Source: Octopus sinensis
Lineage: Eukaryota
Direction of reading: 5' to 3'
Assembly: GCF_006345805.1 (NCBI RefSeq)
Contig: NC_043005.1
Location: 32,240,001 to 32,304,000, forward strand
DNA: 64,000 nucleotides
The notes beneath the pieces are model-generated. The model saw only the letters and a list, made by a program, of their open reading frames with translations. It was not told the DNA's origin and did not search any database. This document shows positions 35,936 to 50,539 of this stretch, piece by piece. Position 1 is the stretch's first letter. The number at the start of each line of letters is the position of its first letter. Position numbers and translations under genes: made by a program.

Positions 35936-37721
35936 TTGCTCAATCCTCCCTTCTCTCTCCCCTGTCTCTATATGTGAATGCAAATGATTTTGTCTGTCCA
36001 TTTACAAAGGGAGAGAGTATGGGTTTGACTAGTGTTTTCAGTGTCGTCTGAGATTTGTTAGTTCAAAAACAGCTACCTTGGGGAATGTTCAGAAAGCTGA
36101 GGTGGGAGAGGAGAAAAAAACACAAGACATGCTAATTCATGGCTCAGCATATCAGTAATACATATTTTAATGATGCCAGTGGGATAAAAGAAATTGAATT
36201 GACCCTTTAGTTACCATATTTCCACTGAAGTATACTTGGTTTCAATGAATTTAGTAAATTTATCAGGAAGCAAGTGTTTGGGAGAATAAATCAATTTTGA
36301 TGGAATATTTTAATTTAGATCACTTCAAACAGGAAATTTCTATCACAGAACCACCAGGCAATCTCAAACCAAATTGTTATCAAAATGGTTGAGAGCTGTG
36401 TATGTAAAATAATGTTAAAATATTGTTAAATCCCTTTATACACCAAGAACTCTGCACCTGCAGATATCTAGGATATTCAAACGAATTGAAGCCATGTCTC
36501 TCAACACCCAAAGAGGTCAATAATACATTTCACAACTGTAATAAACAAGGAAGTCACTCATTTTAAACTTCATCTGGTACAAACATATTTGTGAAACTGA
36601 AATCAAGTTGAGCCATAAATCAACCCTAATAAAAAGGACCTAAAATCAAAGGCTGTTCTGCCATGACCATCTTGTATTCAGTTTAGACTGTAGCAGTAGA
36701 TTAAATATGTCTACCTCTTTAAGAGGTTGGAGAGTGAGAAATTAGATGGAAGTTTATGTCTAGCATGTCAAGCAACCATATAGAAGCTGTCTTGTTAGCA
36801 TGTAATCTGAGATTAAATTGCAAGTAAGGGTGAGTTGCAATCCTGCAAAGTCTAGAGATCAGATCCTATTATAATAGCTGTGGAAGAAGCACAGCAATAA
36901 CATCAAAAATGTGATTTTCTTTCATAAAAGAGAGGCTTTCAATAAAGGATGGATACATTGTCAAGGTGAAAGTAGTTTTCTTCTGAAAATGAGGTGCAAG
37001 TGGTTTTCTTCAAATGTACTCTGTTATTAGAAACACTATGATCAAAATCTGTCACTGCTCACTAATGTGTAAATTTTATATAAGAAATTAATGAACAACT
37101 AGTTCAATCAAATATTTATTACTTGCTTGTGAACAAGCAGATTTTAGCTATTACTACAATTCATTATTGGCAAGTAATATAAATAAAAATATTGGCTTAG
37201 AGGAGTTATTGAGCACATTATGTAACCTGCTTCAACAAAACTCTACATCTCAATTTATTATTTAGTACAGTTAAGTGGTCAAAAACTATCATTGAAATTA
37301 ATCAACCATATCCACTTGGAGTAGTCTATGAAAACAAGAACCAATCAGAGAACAGCTATTTGTAGACAATCAAGATACTGACATGTGATGATTGTGTGTT
37401 TCTTTGTTCATTAAATTTGATGATGACCCAGCAAATGAAAAAAAACAAAACAAAGGCAATGATGAAAAGAGGAGATGCTGCTTGAACTTCTATTTGTCCA
37501 CTAGTATTTTGTAGGTCACCTATCAGCCTGTTCTCATGACTATGAAAAACAAGCACCACTAAAACAACTAGGAAGCAATTATCTGTGACAGGCTTATGAT
37601 TCCAAAAGGATTAATTGTCCCTTTCTAGTTCAATGTACAGAGTTAAATACTGATGTTATAGCTCCATGTTGGAGTGGGAAAGGGTTTGCCAATAATTCCT
37701 AATATTCAAATGATTAACCAT

Positions 37722-38151
37722 ACTCTTACTCTTTTACTTGTTTCAGTCACTTGACTGTGGCCATGCTAGAGCACCGCCTTTAGTCGAGCAAATCGACTCC
37801 TTGACATTCTTTGTAAGCCTAGTACTTATTCTATTGGTCTCTTTTGCCAAACTGCTAAGTTACGGGGATGTAAACACACCAGCATCGGTTGTCAAGCGAT
37901 GGGGACAAACACAGACACACAAACGTACATCATCATCATCGTTTAACGTCCGCTTTCCATGCTAGCATGGGTTGGACGGTTCAACTGGGGTCTGGCGAGC
38001 CCGAAGGCTGCACCAGGCCAGTCAGATCTGGCAGTGTTTCTACAGCTGGATGCCCTTCCTAACGCCAACCACTCCGAGAGTGTAGTGGGTGATTTTATGT
38101 GCCACCGACACAGGTGCCAGACGAAGCTGGCAGACGGCCACGCTCGGATGG

Positions 38152-38193
<42 letters not shown>

Positions 38194-38305
38194 TATATAT
38201 ATACACGACGGGCTTCTTTCAGTTTCCGTCTACCAAATCCACTCACAAGGCTATGGTCGGCCCAAGGCTATAGTAGAAGACACTTGCCCAAGGTGCCACG
38301 CAGTG
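37722..38305 (-). mobile_element. SINE (29983 family) with a nested RTE 3' fragment (37928-38156)
   Basis: The two SINE halves are separated at the internal (CA)/(TA) tract by an RTE tail. Confidence 0.8.
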
Positions 38306-38950
38306 TCTTGACTCCTCATAGAAAATGAGGATTACAGTATCAAACTTTAAAACAATGTACAGCAAGAGAGCCTCTACATGATTGTTTGACTTGTAAGAAA
38401 TAATAGCCAAATCTCCTTCAAATCACCACACTATCTTAAAACTGTAAAGATATCAAATAATATTGTCCTATTTATATAATACAAGGAAAAGGCAACAAGA
38501 GGCTCAAAAGTGAAACAACCGTTATCATGTCTGCTTATTCAGGATTAAACTGGGGCTAAATACATTTAACCTTGCTCTGCCTACTAAATATCAAGGCAGT
38601 CATTCAAGTTTTTAATAGACACTATTTCACACCAACAACCTATCATATTCCTGTTACTACTCCCTCAGTAGCCTTGTGTTCACTTGAGATATCAGTCATT
38701 TGAACTGATCTGTTTCTATTTTTGCACCAAACATTACATCCTTTTCAATAGGCATCACCATGTGGAACTCCTTTGCTATGATTCAGCTTCATAAGATGAA
38801 TCAATAATACTCAACATAGCCTTCCTTTCTTGCTTTGCAATAATTTCAAATTTGTTCCAAGTCTGCTGACATTGTGTTTCATTCTTGTAAAAAAGTTGAT
38901 GTACAAAAACTTCAATTAACTTAAATTACACTTATGCTGCCTATCTTTAA

Positions 38951-39183
38951 CCCTTTTGTTACCCAATTTCTGATGAAATACATTGCCTGTGTTAAAATTT
39001 AGTTTGAAAATAATTTTAAGAAAATCTATTAAAGTACCCGGATTATCAAAATGAACTATTAGTCCAAGCTGAAATGCCTGATTGATTTCCTGTAAGAAAT
39101 AATGTTCAAACAGAATCTTCAGTTGGTTTTCAATAGTAGAGTATTTGAAGCAACAAAATCTATTAAGCAAATGTATTACAGGG
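38951..39183. mobile_element. piggyBac-type MITE
   Basis: TTAA|CCCTTTTGTTACC ... GGG|TTAT. Confidence 0.55.
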
Positions 39184-42100
39184 TTATTCACATCTAGGTA
39201 GGTTATATGGCCCTCAGTACAAGTACCTTTGCCATCAGCTAATCAAGTACAAACTTGATTCTCTGCTAATATTGCAAAAATTCAATGCACAATCCTACAC
39301 AAACATTACACAAGGTGCTACACATTATTACAACTCCATTTTTACACACAAAATACCCATCTGAGTTGCAGTTTTATCATTCATATTGCAATATTCCATT
39401 ATTTTGCTGTAACTCTTTAGTAAATTTAAAGTTCTTGGGTATTAGTAAATATAACAAATCACAACAGGATTGATGCAGTTAGATTTTAGGAATTCTAATT
39501 CCTAAGCATTCTCTCTCTCTACATCAGCATAGTATTTCTTAATATAGAATTGAAAATATCTAATGCTAGTTTTACCAAAGATTATATCATTAAGATATTA
39601 ACCTTGGTTATTTCTTTCTTTACAAATAATTATAAATCATGGTAACTTTAGCCACAGTTATAATATGGAATTACATTGGACTTGACAATTCAGGCCAAAT
39701 AAAAATCAATGACACTATTTACTAAATGTATTAGGCAATATTTAATATTCACAAACAGATTTTAATGCTTAGAGAACTGTCTTTTGAACATTATTCTCTT
39801 ACTAGTTCTAGTTGTTGCCATACTGGGAAACATTAAATCAATTTTTAAGCCTGCTTCTGTTGAGAACTATGATTACAACAAAAAACAAATAAGAGTCCAC
39901 TTAAAACCTAATCATACTTGGTTTTAAATAATTACCAACTAGCATTGAATAATTTTTGTACCCCTTCATCCTCACATCTAAAATGTGTTTTTCAGTCCAA
40001 GTATCAAAATGCAGAAAGTGAAATAATTCAATTAAACACTTTAAGTGGTGCTAAGAACCAGCTAATACATGATTGAAGCCTCGGAAGTAAAACAATTCTA
40101 TCTTAAAACAACAGCTGCTCTGGATACTGTGTAAAACAAATTCACACATGTCACAGCAAATATCCATATTCACATTTTTTTTTTAAAGAACTTAACATTG
40201 CTTTTCTTTCGAAGGTTGGATATCTTTCACTTATTACTTCACAGCTTCTGTCTGGAAATGTTGCTTAACAGTACCAACACATGCACCGTTTAAGAAAAAA
40301 AAAAATTATGTATATTGAGAATAGATACTTAAATAATGAAAAGAAAAAGAGTGAATGTAGAAGGGCAAGCTCATTGTAACAAGATATTGTAAAGCAGGAG
40401 AGAGAATCTGAGAATATGATTGTGACACCTAGACTTACGCAAGGCTGACAAACTGCTGTATGCTAAGACATGTAGAGGAGAAAATAACACACGATATAGA
40501 CAGTGAACTTCTGGTGTTCAGAATTTAACCATGGTTACACAACAAATACATTAGCAACACAAAACACTAACCACCAACAAAATTCAGACACTCGTTTAAT
40601 TCACCATCATTGTTTAAACATCCACTTTTCAATGCATTCATGGGTCAGACAGAATTCATCAATGCAAATTTTCTAGGGTTAGATGCCCTTCTTGTTACCA
40701 ACCCCCACTCATGTTCCAAACAAGGTAATATTTCCCCATAACTAGACATGTTTTCACAGATATTTGCAAACAATCAACACTGCCTGAATGACAGTGACAC
40801 TCACAAATGTAAGATACACACTTCACAGTCTTCTTTCAGATTTTGACTAGTAAATCTATGCACAAGGCTTTGGTCAGCTTGGAGCTATAGTAGAAGACAT
40901 TTGCTCAAGGCATCACACAGTAGAACTGAACCTGAAACCTTGAGGTTGAGAATTAAAGTTCTTAAGAATACGACCCCACCATCACCAGCTGATTGCTTCA
41001 AATGGTCCTTCTCTACCCACAATGTGTGCATTCAATAAGGAGACACCTACAATAATCCAATAATTTCAAAAGCTCCTTCATATCATGCAAGCTCATTACA
41101 TAACCCTAACCAGCTGAACCTAGAAATGCTGATAATACAAACTAACCGGAACAACAAATATACCCTAAACTTTGTCTCATACAAAAATATGAGGTGAGGC
41201 TCTACACTAAACATGTATCCAATTGATATGTTATTCTTAAATAACTGCTTTTGAATACCAACAGATAAAAGAATGAAAGAATTAGTCACAGCATTGGATA
41301 ATAAGTCAAGGAAATATCTAACATTAACAGCTAATAACATTTTATTAGAATAATTCATCTGTAGTTGAAGGAAGTCAACAAAGCTGGTCTTCCTCCAGCT
41401 ATGTATAGGGAGCATTCGTTATAGAGTTGAGATGTAAACTGTGAAGGAAGAGCTTCAAGATTACCTTATTGGTATATACATCAGAATTTTCATGGGAGCT
41501 CAAAAGATTTCACAACATGAGCAACCAAAAAAGAAGAGATTTATGGACATATTCCAACCAACTTAGCTATTGTTGTATAACTTAAGGTTGGCTTTAATGT
41601 GCCGAACAACAACCATATCAAATTTCATATTTAAGAGATATTTGTACCTAATAGAGAATGAAGGACACTTGATTATATTGATTTTACTGACAAAGACAGA
41701 TACAAAATTCAGGATATATTAAAGCTAAAGAGGGACAGAAATTCTTAGCTGTGACTGCTTAAAAGGAGGAGGGGGGCTATATCTTGTATTTGATTATATT
41801 TCTATCTATTTTTATAGGTTGGAGTTGGTGAGCAAAAATGAAAATGTATCATTCATATAAGAAATTCATCCAAAACAATGCTTACTAAACTATTGAGACT
41901 AAAAGCAATTTGGATAACAAAAATGTTAATTTTACAATCCTTTCATCTCCTCTTAGAATGGAACAGACAAAAAGAGAGCAGCTAATTACAGCAGTGCTAT
42001 GGAATATTGCTTTGTTCCTGATGTTAGCTGTAATTTTAAATTGTAAAATAGACAAAATGCTTGTATCATGTCACAAACAGGAAAAATGAATTTGACAACT

Positions 42101-44356
42101 AATGATTTCCACTGTTCAATTAAACTTCAAGATAACCCAAGAATTGATCATTTGATATGATTGACACTCCTCGTTTCTGGAGTATTCATATTCTGGCATG
42201 CAAAAAAAACCTGTATTTTTTTTGCCATGTGTAAGCTAACTGTAGTTAAAGGAAGGCTTGGGAGAGAGTTAAATGTTAATAACATAGAATGTGATAGCAT
42301 TATTAATGTAGAATCAAAGTAAACAATATGTAATCACTGGGAATAACAATAAAAAAACTTAAAACAATCTACATAAATGTAAAACTGAGAATGTGTGTCT
42401 GTATGTGTGAATCCCTAAAACTTGAGAACTACACAACAAATTTCATTCAAATTTAACACATGCCTTACTTGGGGTCCAAGTAGTGTCATGGGCAAAAACA
42501 TTTTTTACCTTCTTGCCTAGGGTGAGCCCACAGCAATATCATATCTTCTCCACTATTTCAGTATTACATGTTAAAAGTGAAACAAAAACATCTCTTTATT
42601 GTAATGTCAGATACTTTCACTTTAATACTGAAACTATTGTCATTTTATCTAAGGAAAAACGAATACAGTTGTGCTCTTGGAAGCTGTAGGGTTACCTAAG
42701 CATAAAAGATGAGCATTATCTGTAATTCAATGGTACATCAGTGTAAGAGTTTGCTTTGACATACACTTACATTGTGATTTCTGCAATGTGGTACATAAAT
42801 TGTCATGTAAATGACAGGCATCTTTGCCTCCACTGATTCAGTTGCAAAGTGTTGAGTAAAGTTATTTGATTGCAGACCTCCTTTCAGTCTTTTTATTATC
42901 ACTGGGTCACACATAGTCCCCAGATGGTAACATTGATTTCAAGGCCTTCCCAGATGAGTGACTGGTTATTCAAAGACATTTAAAGATTGTAAATTTATTC
43001 TGTCCAGTTACGTATCAGTATAGTGGTCATTTGCAAACTCCAGAGGTTAATGTTTATTTCAGTTGGGTCACGCCCTTCCAATTGCTATAGATTCGTAATG
43101 CATCATACGGCTGTGCCTGTCACCTGGATGGTGAGGAATCCTACATTGGGAATGGTAACTGACTGCTTATTGTGATCATTCGTCCTTTGGTTTCCTGTAG
43201 CTTTGCTCTCTTTTACAAACTTCAATTAATTGATTAGTGATCTCTCAAGTCTTACACCTCAGGTTCAGTGAAACAATCCCTTGGAATTCCCTACCTACAG
43301 ATAAGCCAAACATACTGTACTAATGCAACTAATCACCAATTTTTACTCGGGATTTCCATCCAAATGAAACAGGAAATGTTTAAGTCCCATTATATTTATT
43401 TGATTCTATCATTTCCTACTGTGTCATTAAATCTTGAGGAAGACAATCACTTCTGTTACTACATTCCTTGCTGTTAATTATCAATGTTAATCTCTACGTC
43501 TTGTCTATTAGCAGCAACATTTGCAGATAATCTTGCATTTGTTTCATTTTTAATTCTTTAGAGACTAATTAATGGAGTCTATTTATAAACAAATGTCTTT
43601 TCATATTTTTATTTTTCAAATAATGTGTGAAAGTAATTTTCCTACAGTAAACAACTACCTTTTAAACAAGAATTTTACTGAACTAGAATCAAGTAAAAAC
43701 CCTACCTCTTTTGATTTAGTCCATATGAAACCCAGTAGAGGAATTCGCTTAGGGATAATGAAGATCAATTCAACCTTGGGACATTGATCTCAGAAAGCAG
43801 AGTTGACAGGCTTAACTAAACTTGGAATCTAACAAGGTATTTTATTCAATGATTAATTGATTTTGTGAGAAAACAGTATCAACTATGAAATTTCTGTTTT
43901 GAATTCAGTTATTAATTATGCTTCACCTCCATTCTTACAATCATAAACAAAATAAGAAAAATATATGCATACAGGATCAGCAAGGTTCAAAGATCAATCC
44001 AATCCAAAAGAAAAATGATTTTTATGTGGCAAAAATTGATTACAATCACATAACTAAGTTTCTATGGTAGTATAATGGTGCTTTTAGCTGGTGCTGGATA
44101 ACTGTCTAGACACTAACCAAGAACAAAACTCGTTTTCTTCAGTTGGGTACAGTGGATGCAATGGCTGTAACAAAATTTCAAAATTGAGAATCACTTTTTT
44201 AGTAATCAAACCACAAGTTTAATAATTTCCAAAAAATTAGAAAAAATATTTCTTTAACTATTAAAATATTTGCATCATGCTCCAGCGTCTCAGTTCTGGC
44301 ATGGTTATGATTACTATGGCTAGATACCCTTCTTAATGCCAATCACTCTACAGTGT

Positions 44357-45440
44357 ACATCATCGTTTAACATCCGCTTTCCATGCTAGCATTGGTTTTG
44401 ATGGTTCGACCAGGGTCTGGGAAGCCAGGAGGTTGCACCAGGCTCCAGTCTGATCTGGCAGTGTTTCTACAGCTGGATGCCCTTCCTAACACCAACCACT
44501 CCGTGAGTGTAGTGGGTGCTTTTTATGTGCCAACGGCACAGGGGCCAGGGGATGCTGGCAATGGCCACGATCGGTTGGTGCTTTTTACATGCCACCGGCA
44601 CAGATGCCAGTCAAGGCAGCGCTGGCATCGGTCACATTCGGATGGTGTTTTTACGTGCCACCGGCACGGGTATCACAACTACAATTTCCATTTGATTTTT
44701 ATTTTGATGTACTTGACTCAATGTCTCCTCAAGCACAGCAGGTCGTCCTTCTGGCCTCGAGCCTAAAGTCACTAATGACTAGCCTATGCTGGGAGATACA
44801 TTCTTCACCTGGAAGGATTGTTGTACTTAAGAGCAACCCTGCGTCTTGCTGTCTGGTGAGGATGAAATCAATATGGCTAGCAGAGTCTCCTAATCGATAG
44901 GTTATAAGGTGGCTATCTGGCTCCCTGAAATTAGTGTTGCAGATTAAAAGGTTACATGCATCACAGAACTCCAGTAGCCTAGTTCCCTCATCATTTCAGG
45001 TGCCAATACCATGGCCACCGTGTACCCCAGTGAAGGTACCAGATTCCCGCCCAACATGTCCATTAAAGTCTCCAGCCACAAAGATGAGGTCATTGCCACT
45101 ACTCTTTGGGATAGCCTGTAGAAGGGTACCATAAAAGTGATGTGGGGCATAGGTGGAGATAACTGTAGCTGTGATGTTCTGCAGGTCTAGCCAGAGCTTA
45201 AGCACTATCGCATACCCTAACAACCTCTGTGACCTTCTCCATCACCCCCTTCACCATCCATGTTACCTTGCCAGAAGACTTTATACCTTGCCTGTGAGGA
45301 CCCTAGCTAAAGATCCTCTCCATCTAACCTCTTGTATGTAGCATACATCAACCCGTCTCCTTTCAAGCATCTCTACAATCTCACAAGACCTACCTTTCAG
45401 TATGCCAACATTGATAGTGCCAACTCTGAAAACTGGGAAG
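44357..45440 (-). mobile_element. RTE derivative: AP-endonuclease region joined directly to the 3' UTR/tail, RT deleted (5' UTR may extend to about 46730)
   Basis: GTINVG, YIQEVRWRG, ISTYAP, VAGDFNGHVG, IDFIL and LVISDF remnants at 45435-44760 abut the RTE ORF end and hairpin-repeat 3' UTR. Confidence 0.8.
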
Positions 45441-46022
45441 GGAATGTGGGGGTAAGGTTTGGGGAGGAGGGATGTTATTCAGTGCCTGAAAAGAAGAGGG
45501 TTGTTGTGGTGTTCGTTTTTTTTAGGCATGCTTCATCTCTTCTCTCTTCCGACCTGACAACATTCAAGCATCCAGGCATGTTAAGATTGTTGCCCCTACT
45601 GGAGGTAGGCACCGGTGTTAGTAGTGTTGTAAGCATAAGCATTATGGTCATCGAATGATGTAGATTCAAGTGGTGTAGCAAAAATATGGATATTCCAATG
45701 TTAGGTTACGAGAGAGTCAGCTGAAACTGGTTGCGTCAGACCAGGTAGAGAGGGATTGCAGGTATAATGGAGGGTACCCCCAGCGGGGAAGGGTTCAGAC
45801 AGAGAGAGGGGAAACAAGCTCATTCCTATATATACACAAGCGCACCCACGGACAGCCGAATAGCTTTCTCCTTCATAAGGCTAAGGAAAATTCCTGGGTA
45901 GTTGTTGGCATGTTTCTAAACAGAATGAAATTGGAACGAAAGATAGCCGGTTAAGTAGGTGGGCAGATAACCTGGTTGTGTTTGTCCCAGTAGAGATAAC
46001 CTGGTTGTGTTTGTCCCAGTAG

Positions 46023-46315
46023 AGGGAGAAGAGGTAGAGAAAGAGAGGGAGAAGAGGTAGAGAAAGAGAGGGAGAAGAGGTAGAGAAAGAGAGGGAGAAG
46101 AGGTAGAGAAAGAAAGGGAGAAGAGGTAGAGAAAGAAAGGGAGAAGAGGTAGAGAAAGAAAGGGAGAAGAGGTAGAGAAAGAAAGGGAGAAGAGGTAGAG
46201 AAAGAAAGGGAGAAGAGGTAGAGAAAGAAAGGGAGAAGAGGTAGAGAAAGAAAGGGAGAAAAGGTAGAGAAAGAAAGGGAGAAAAGGTAGAGAAAGAAAG
46301 GGAGAAAAGGTAGAG
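46023..46315. repeat. 23-bp purine-rich minisatellite (GGGAGAAGAGGTAGAGAAAGAAA) x about 13
   Basis: Visible in the sequence, flanked by a duplication of about 30 bp at 45966-46023. Confidence 0.95.
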
Positions 46316-49300
46316 GGAGAAGAGATAGGGGTAGAGAGATGGGGGAGAGAGGTAGAGAGAGACAGAGAAAGAGAGGGAGAGAGAAAGAGTGCAGGTAATA
46401 TAGGGAACAGCACCAGTGAGGATGGGGAATTGGGAGAAGAGATAACTGGAAGGGGTAGTGACAAATTTCTAGACAGAACAAAAGGTAGAAAGGTAAGATA
46501 GCTGGTGAAGCGGGTGGGTGGATGAGCAGCTGGGCTGGTTGCATTTGTCATAGGAGAGAGAGAAGTGAAGGTAATATATGGAGAACAGCCCAGTGAGGAT
46601 GATAGTAGGAGAATAGACACAGGTAATGGTGGTGGGAGAAGGGATATCCAGTGTAGATGGCGGGAAGATAGAGATATCCCCGGTATTAGTGGTGGGGGTG
46701 GGAAAGGTCAGCTGCACTGCAAACAAGCAAAGTTTTGTTTGGGGACAGAAGGACGAAAATATGATAAGAATGAGATTGAATAGGAGGTGATGAGAGATAA
46801 AATTAAAGTTATATTTTGAGGGGACATTTTCAATGGTTAGCTCATGAAAAACAAGCTGTTAGTAAATAATACATTTAAAGTGTTAATGGTGAATGAGTAC
46901 AGGAGGGGAAAAAATGAGAAAGAATCTTAGCTTCTCGGACATGGTTTTTTTTTTTGTTACTTGTACATGTGAGCTCACTATGTAACTCACAAAACTGAAG
47001 AGCCTCCTCTGCAGAAAAATGTAGTGGAGAAGGAGGTGGTTTCATGCAAAGAGTTAAGATGTTAAAGTAAGATAGAAGGGAGAGGAAGAGGTTTGCTATG
47101 GAAGAGGAAGATACTTCTCATTGTATGAGGTTAGGTTAAGAGTAAATGGAACGGAGTCAGGAAGAGAAATAAAGATAGTAGTGACAAGGTGTTAGAATGT
47201 ATCCCCAAATTTTAAGAAGGTGAATAGAGTTTGGGGTCAGAAGATCAGGAATGGTGGGTAAAGGTTGAAAAAGTGTGGAGGAAAGCTAAGAGTAGAAGTG
47301 GTCAGGTATAGCGAGATAAATATAGTGAAAGGCAAACAAAATTTGAGAAAGGTTGATGGTAAATATTAGGTGTTAAAAATGAGAGATAAGTGTTAATAGG
47401 ATGCAGTTCAAGGGAGACTGAATGATGATGGGCAATAAAGGGTGACCAATGGAAAATGAGTGATGAAGGGTAGATGTCAAACGGAAGTGATTCAGGGGAG
47501 AGAAAAAGAAAATTCGAATAGAAAAAGATATCTGTAGTTCTGCTCTCAATTACAGTAGCTGAATAATGTAGCTAGAAGAATGATGGTGGGATTGGTGACA
47601 AGGAGATATTGGCCAAGACACCCAGTTGTGTGCATATCCATCATGCTTCTAGAACCTCAATTTCACTTAGTGGGTTCTCAGTTATGATGTATCTCCAATT
47701 TGTCATCTGAGACTAGTTTTCATCATCTTGTCCCACATTTAGGAACAGATGAATAGAATGAAGTGCATTACTTAAACATTCAACAAAACACAACTAGACA
47801 ATCACATAAACCACATTGCAGATTAACTTAAATACAAGGATTACAAAAAGTATTACTTGATTAACACACAACCAACTCAGAATGAAAATTTTGTATGAAC
47901 AATATGAAAGAAGCTGCTCTAGAGCAAATCATTTTTAAAGTGAAAACAAGCAATCAATGCTAGAATATAGTAATGCTGAATTGACAGAGATAAAATAGGC
48001 AATCATTGAAGAAGGCAATGAAGACTAGCAAAAAGAAAAACCACAAGAAATAAGTTGACCCATCATCATCATTTAATGTCTGTTGTCCATGTTAGCATGG
48101 GTTGGAGTTTAATCAGTGCTGGTAAGCTGCACCAGACTCCAGGTTTGGCATAGCTTTCTACAGCTGGATGCCCTTCCTAACATCAATGACTAAGAATGCA
48201 ATGGGTGCTTTTATATGTTACTGGCATGGGTGACATGGGTATCTTAGCGTGACATGGGCATCTACCACAACCCATTTTGCTCAGCTTGATGAGTCTTCTC
48301 AAGCACATTAATACCAAAGGTTTTGGTCATTGCCTTTGTGAGGGCCAACACTTGAAAGGAACTCAGCCACTTCGCCTCCATGAAGCCCAACACTCGAAAA
48401 GAACTCAGCCACTTTGCCTCTGCAAGGAGGCATATCAAAGTAATTAGGAGATTGGCATTTCTAGAACACAACTGAACAACTCTGACAAAAGCCAATAGTT
48501 TGAACCGATACTAGCAAATCATTTTCTAACTTTTAGTGCTATGACCTAAATGACTTCACTATTTATCCTCCTCACATCTCTTTGCTTAGTTTCCAGTTCT
48601 TTAGACTTTATTCTATCAGCAGCTGGTTATAGCAAGAGCTATTCACTTACCTGTTTTACATCAATATTTCCATGCTGCAGTTTGGTATTAAATATTCTTA
48701 AATTGCTATTATCACAATACCATTGTTATATTCTGAGAGCATGAATTCTACACATGAATTTTCTATTGATTTCAAGATTAATCTGTTTTTCAAAATTTTT
48801 TAAAACCAAGGTTCAGTAGGAAAGAATGTACTTTCTATCAAGGTATGTTGTATAATCATCAAAAATTAACAGTTTTGTAACAAAGTTCTAAAGAATTACA
48901 ATTTTCTTAAATTTCAAAATACTGAAACTGGAACGAACAATCTTTGTATTCTTTTCTTTTGGCTTTGCAAATAAATAGAAAAGCATTTTTCAAAACCTCT
49001 CGGCAAACTTGTTTGAACAATAACAGTTTGGAATCATGAAACATTGCAGTATTTTCACAATTTACCAGTTAAATTCATGGGCTGCATCTACCTCTGAGAA
49101 CTTCTGTATGAATGTTTATATATACACATTCTGCAGCACCAAAATCCATTAAGGTTTTCCCCACTGTGCTAAGATACAAAGACAGTTATGATTTTTAAAT
49201 TTAACATTCACTTAATGGAGATTCACTTCTGTTTACAGATTGCCAAACTTCACTCACTAAATACTAACCTTTGGCTTCTATGGTATCAAATGGATAAGAT

Positions 49301-50539
49301 AGGAAAAAAAGAATCTTATAGTGATAACACACAATGTTTTTGCTGGGGCCAACATAGGATAAGGAAGGTTAGTTTCCATTACACCTTTATCTGTTTCAAC
49401 ATTACATCTTCACTTAATTAGCATCACCATCAAATAATATAAAATATGCCACCAACATAGATACTTATGGCTTTATTGATTAAAATGTGTTGTGTCAAAA
49501 TTTTTCACAGAACTTTTTAATATGACTTGACATTCACACACTTTACAATTTGACCACATATTTTTATTGTCATCACCTAACAGCCGCTTTTTCCTGTTTG
49601 CATGGATCAAAAGAAATTTGAAGCAATTTTTTAACAACCAGATGCTTTTCCTGTTCTTAAGCTTCACCTATTTCCAAGCAAGGTAATATTCCTCTAGTCC
49701 TTCAAACAAGATCAGTAAAAATGGTCAAACATTGTCATAAAATATTACAAACACCACTTGTGTTATGATGACACTTGTTTACAATTAACATGTAATGTCA
49801 AGACAAGGAAACATGTAAAACACACACACACACGGCTTCCTCCTATTCCATTTACGAAATCCAATACAAGGATATTGTTGGCCTGGGAATATAGCAAAAG
49901 ACACTTGTCTAAAGTGTGCAATGGGACTAAATCCAAATCCATGTGGTTGCAAAGCAAAGTTCATAATTACATGACCAAGTCTAGCACTAATGTATACTGA
50001 CACGTATACAACTGGAAGTGATATTTGAAGAGTGAGCACACAAAACATCAATAGTTCAGCAACTAAGTGTAAAAAGTGAAATATTTAAATGGTATATATT
50101 GTAAACATAATATTTCTGTCTGGTGAATAACTAGAAAATTGGAACAAGGCAAGCTACAACATCATAGTTGACCTGCAGAAAGAATTTGGTGTGATTTAGA
50201 CATTTATTGAAAACAGATTATACAACTTATGTATTCTGCAATGGGCAGCATGGTTAACTGATAAAAACCTAAAATCACTAGAGATAAAAGAACTGAAGGA
50301 CATCTGAAGCCAATAGATAACAAACTCATAGTATAGCTTACAAAGTACATACTAGTTGAGCATAAGGCAGCTCTATTAGAGACATCAACAAAAATACAAG
50401 ATTATCCAGGCTTGAGCAAAGTGCTCAAAGATTCTATATATGTGTCCACTAGTAATCTGTTTTCAACCTCATTAATTCAAGTCATTGTATGAGTCATAGA
50501 AGTGTTCAAGCTTTGCTGCTGATACTAATTTAATATGTC

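Noticed and set aside
42690-43260. Helitron Rep-like remnant on the minus strand (EGRDP, CDPV)
   Set aside because: The motifs are too short and broken to call without a profile search.
45916-46620. 234-aa and 197-aa ORFs
   Set aside because: They are translations of the 23-bp minisatellite: low complexity, with no protein signal.
45700-46790. HDV-like ribozyme at the 5' end of the RTE derivative
   Set aside because: These are known in some RTEs, but I could not fit the nested double pseudoknot or fix the element's 5' end.
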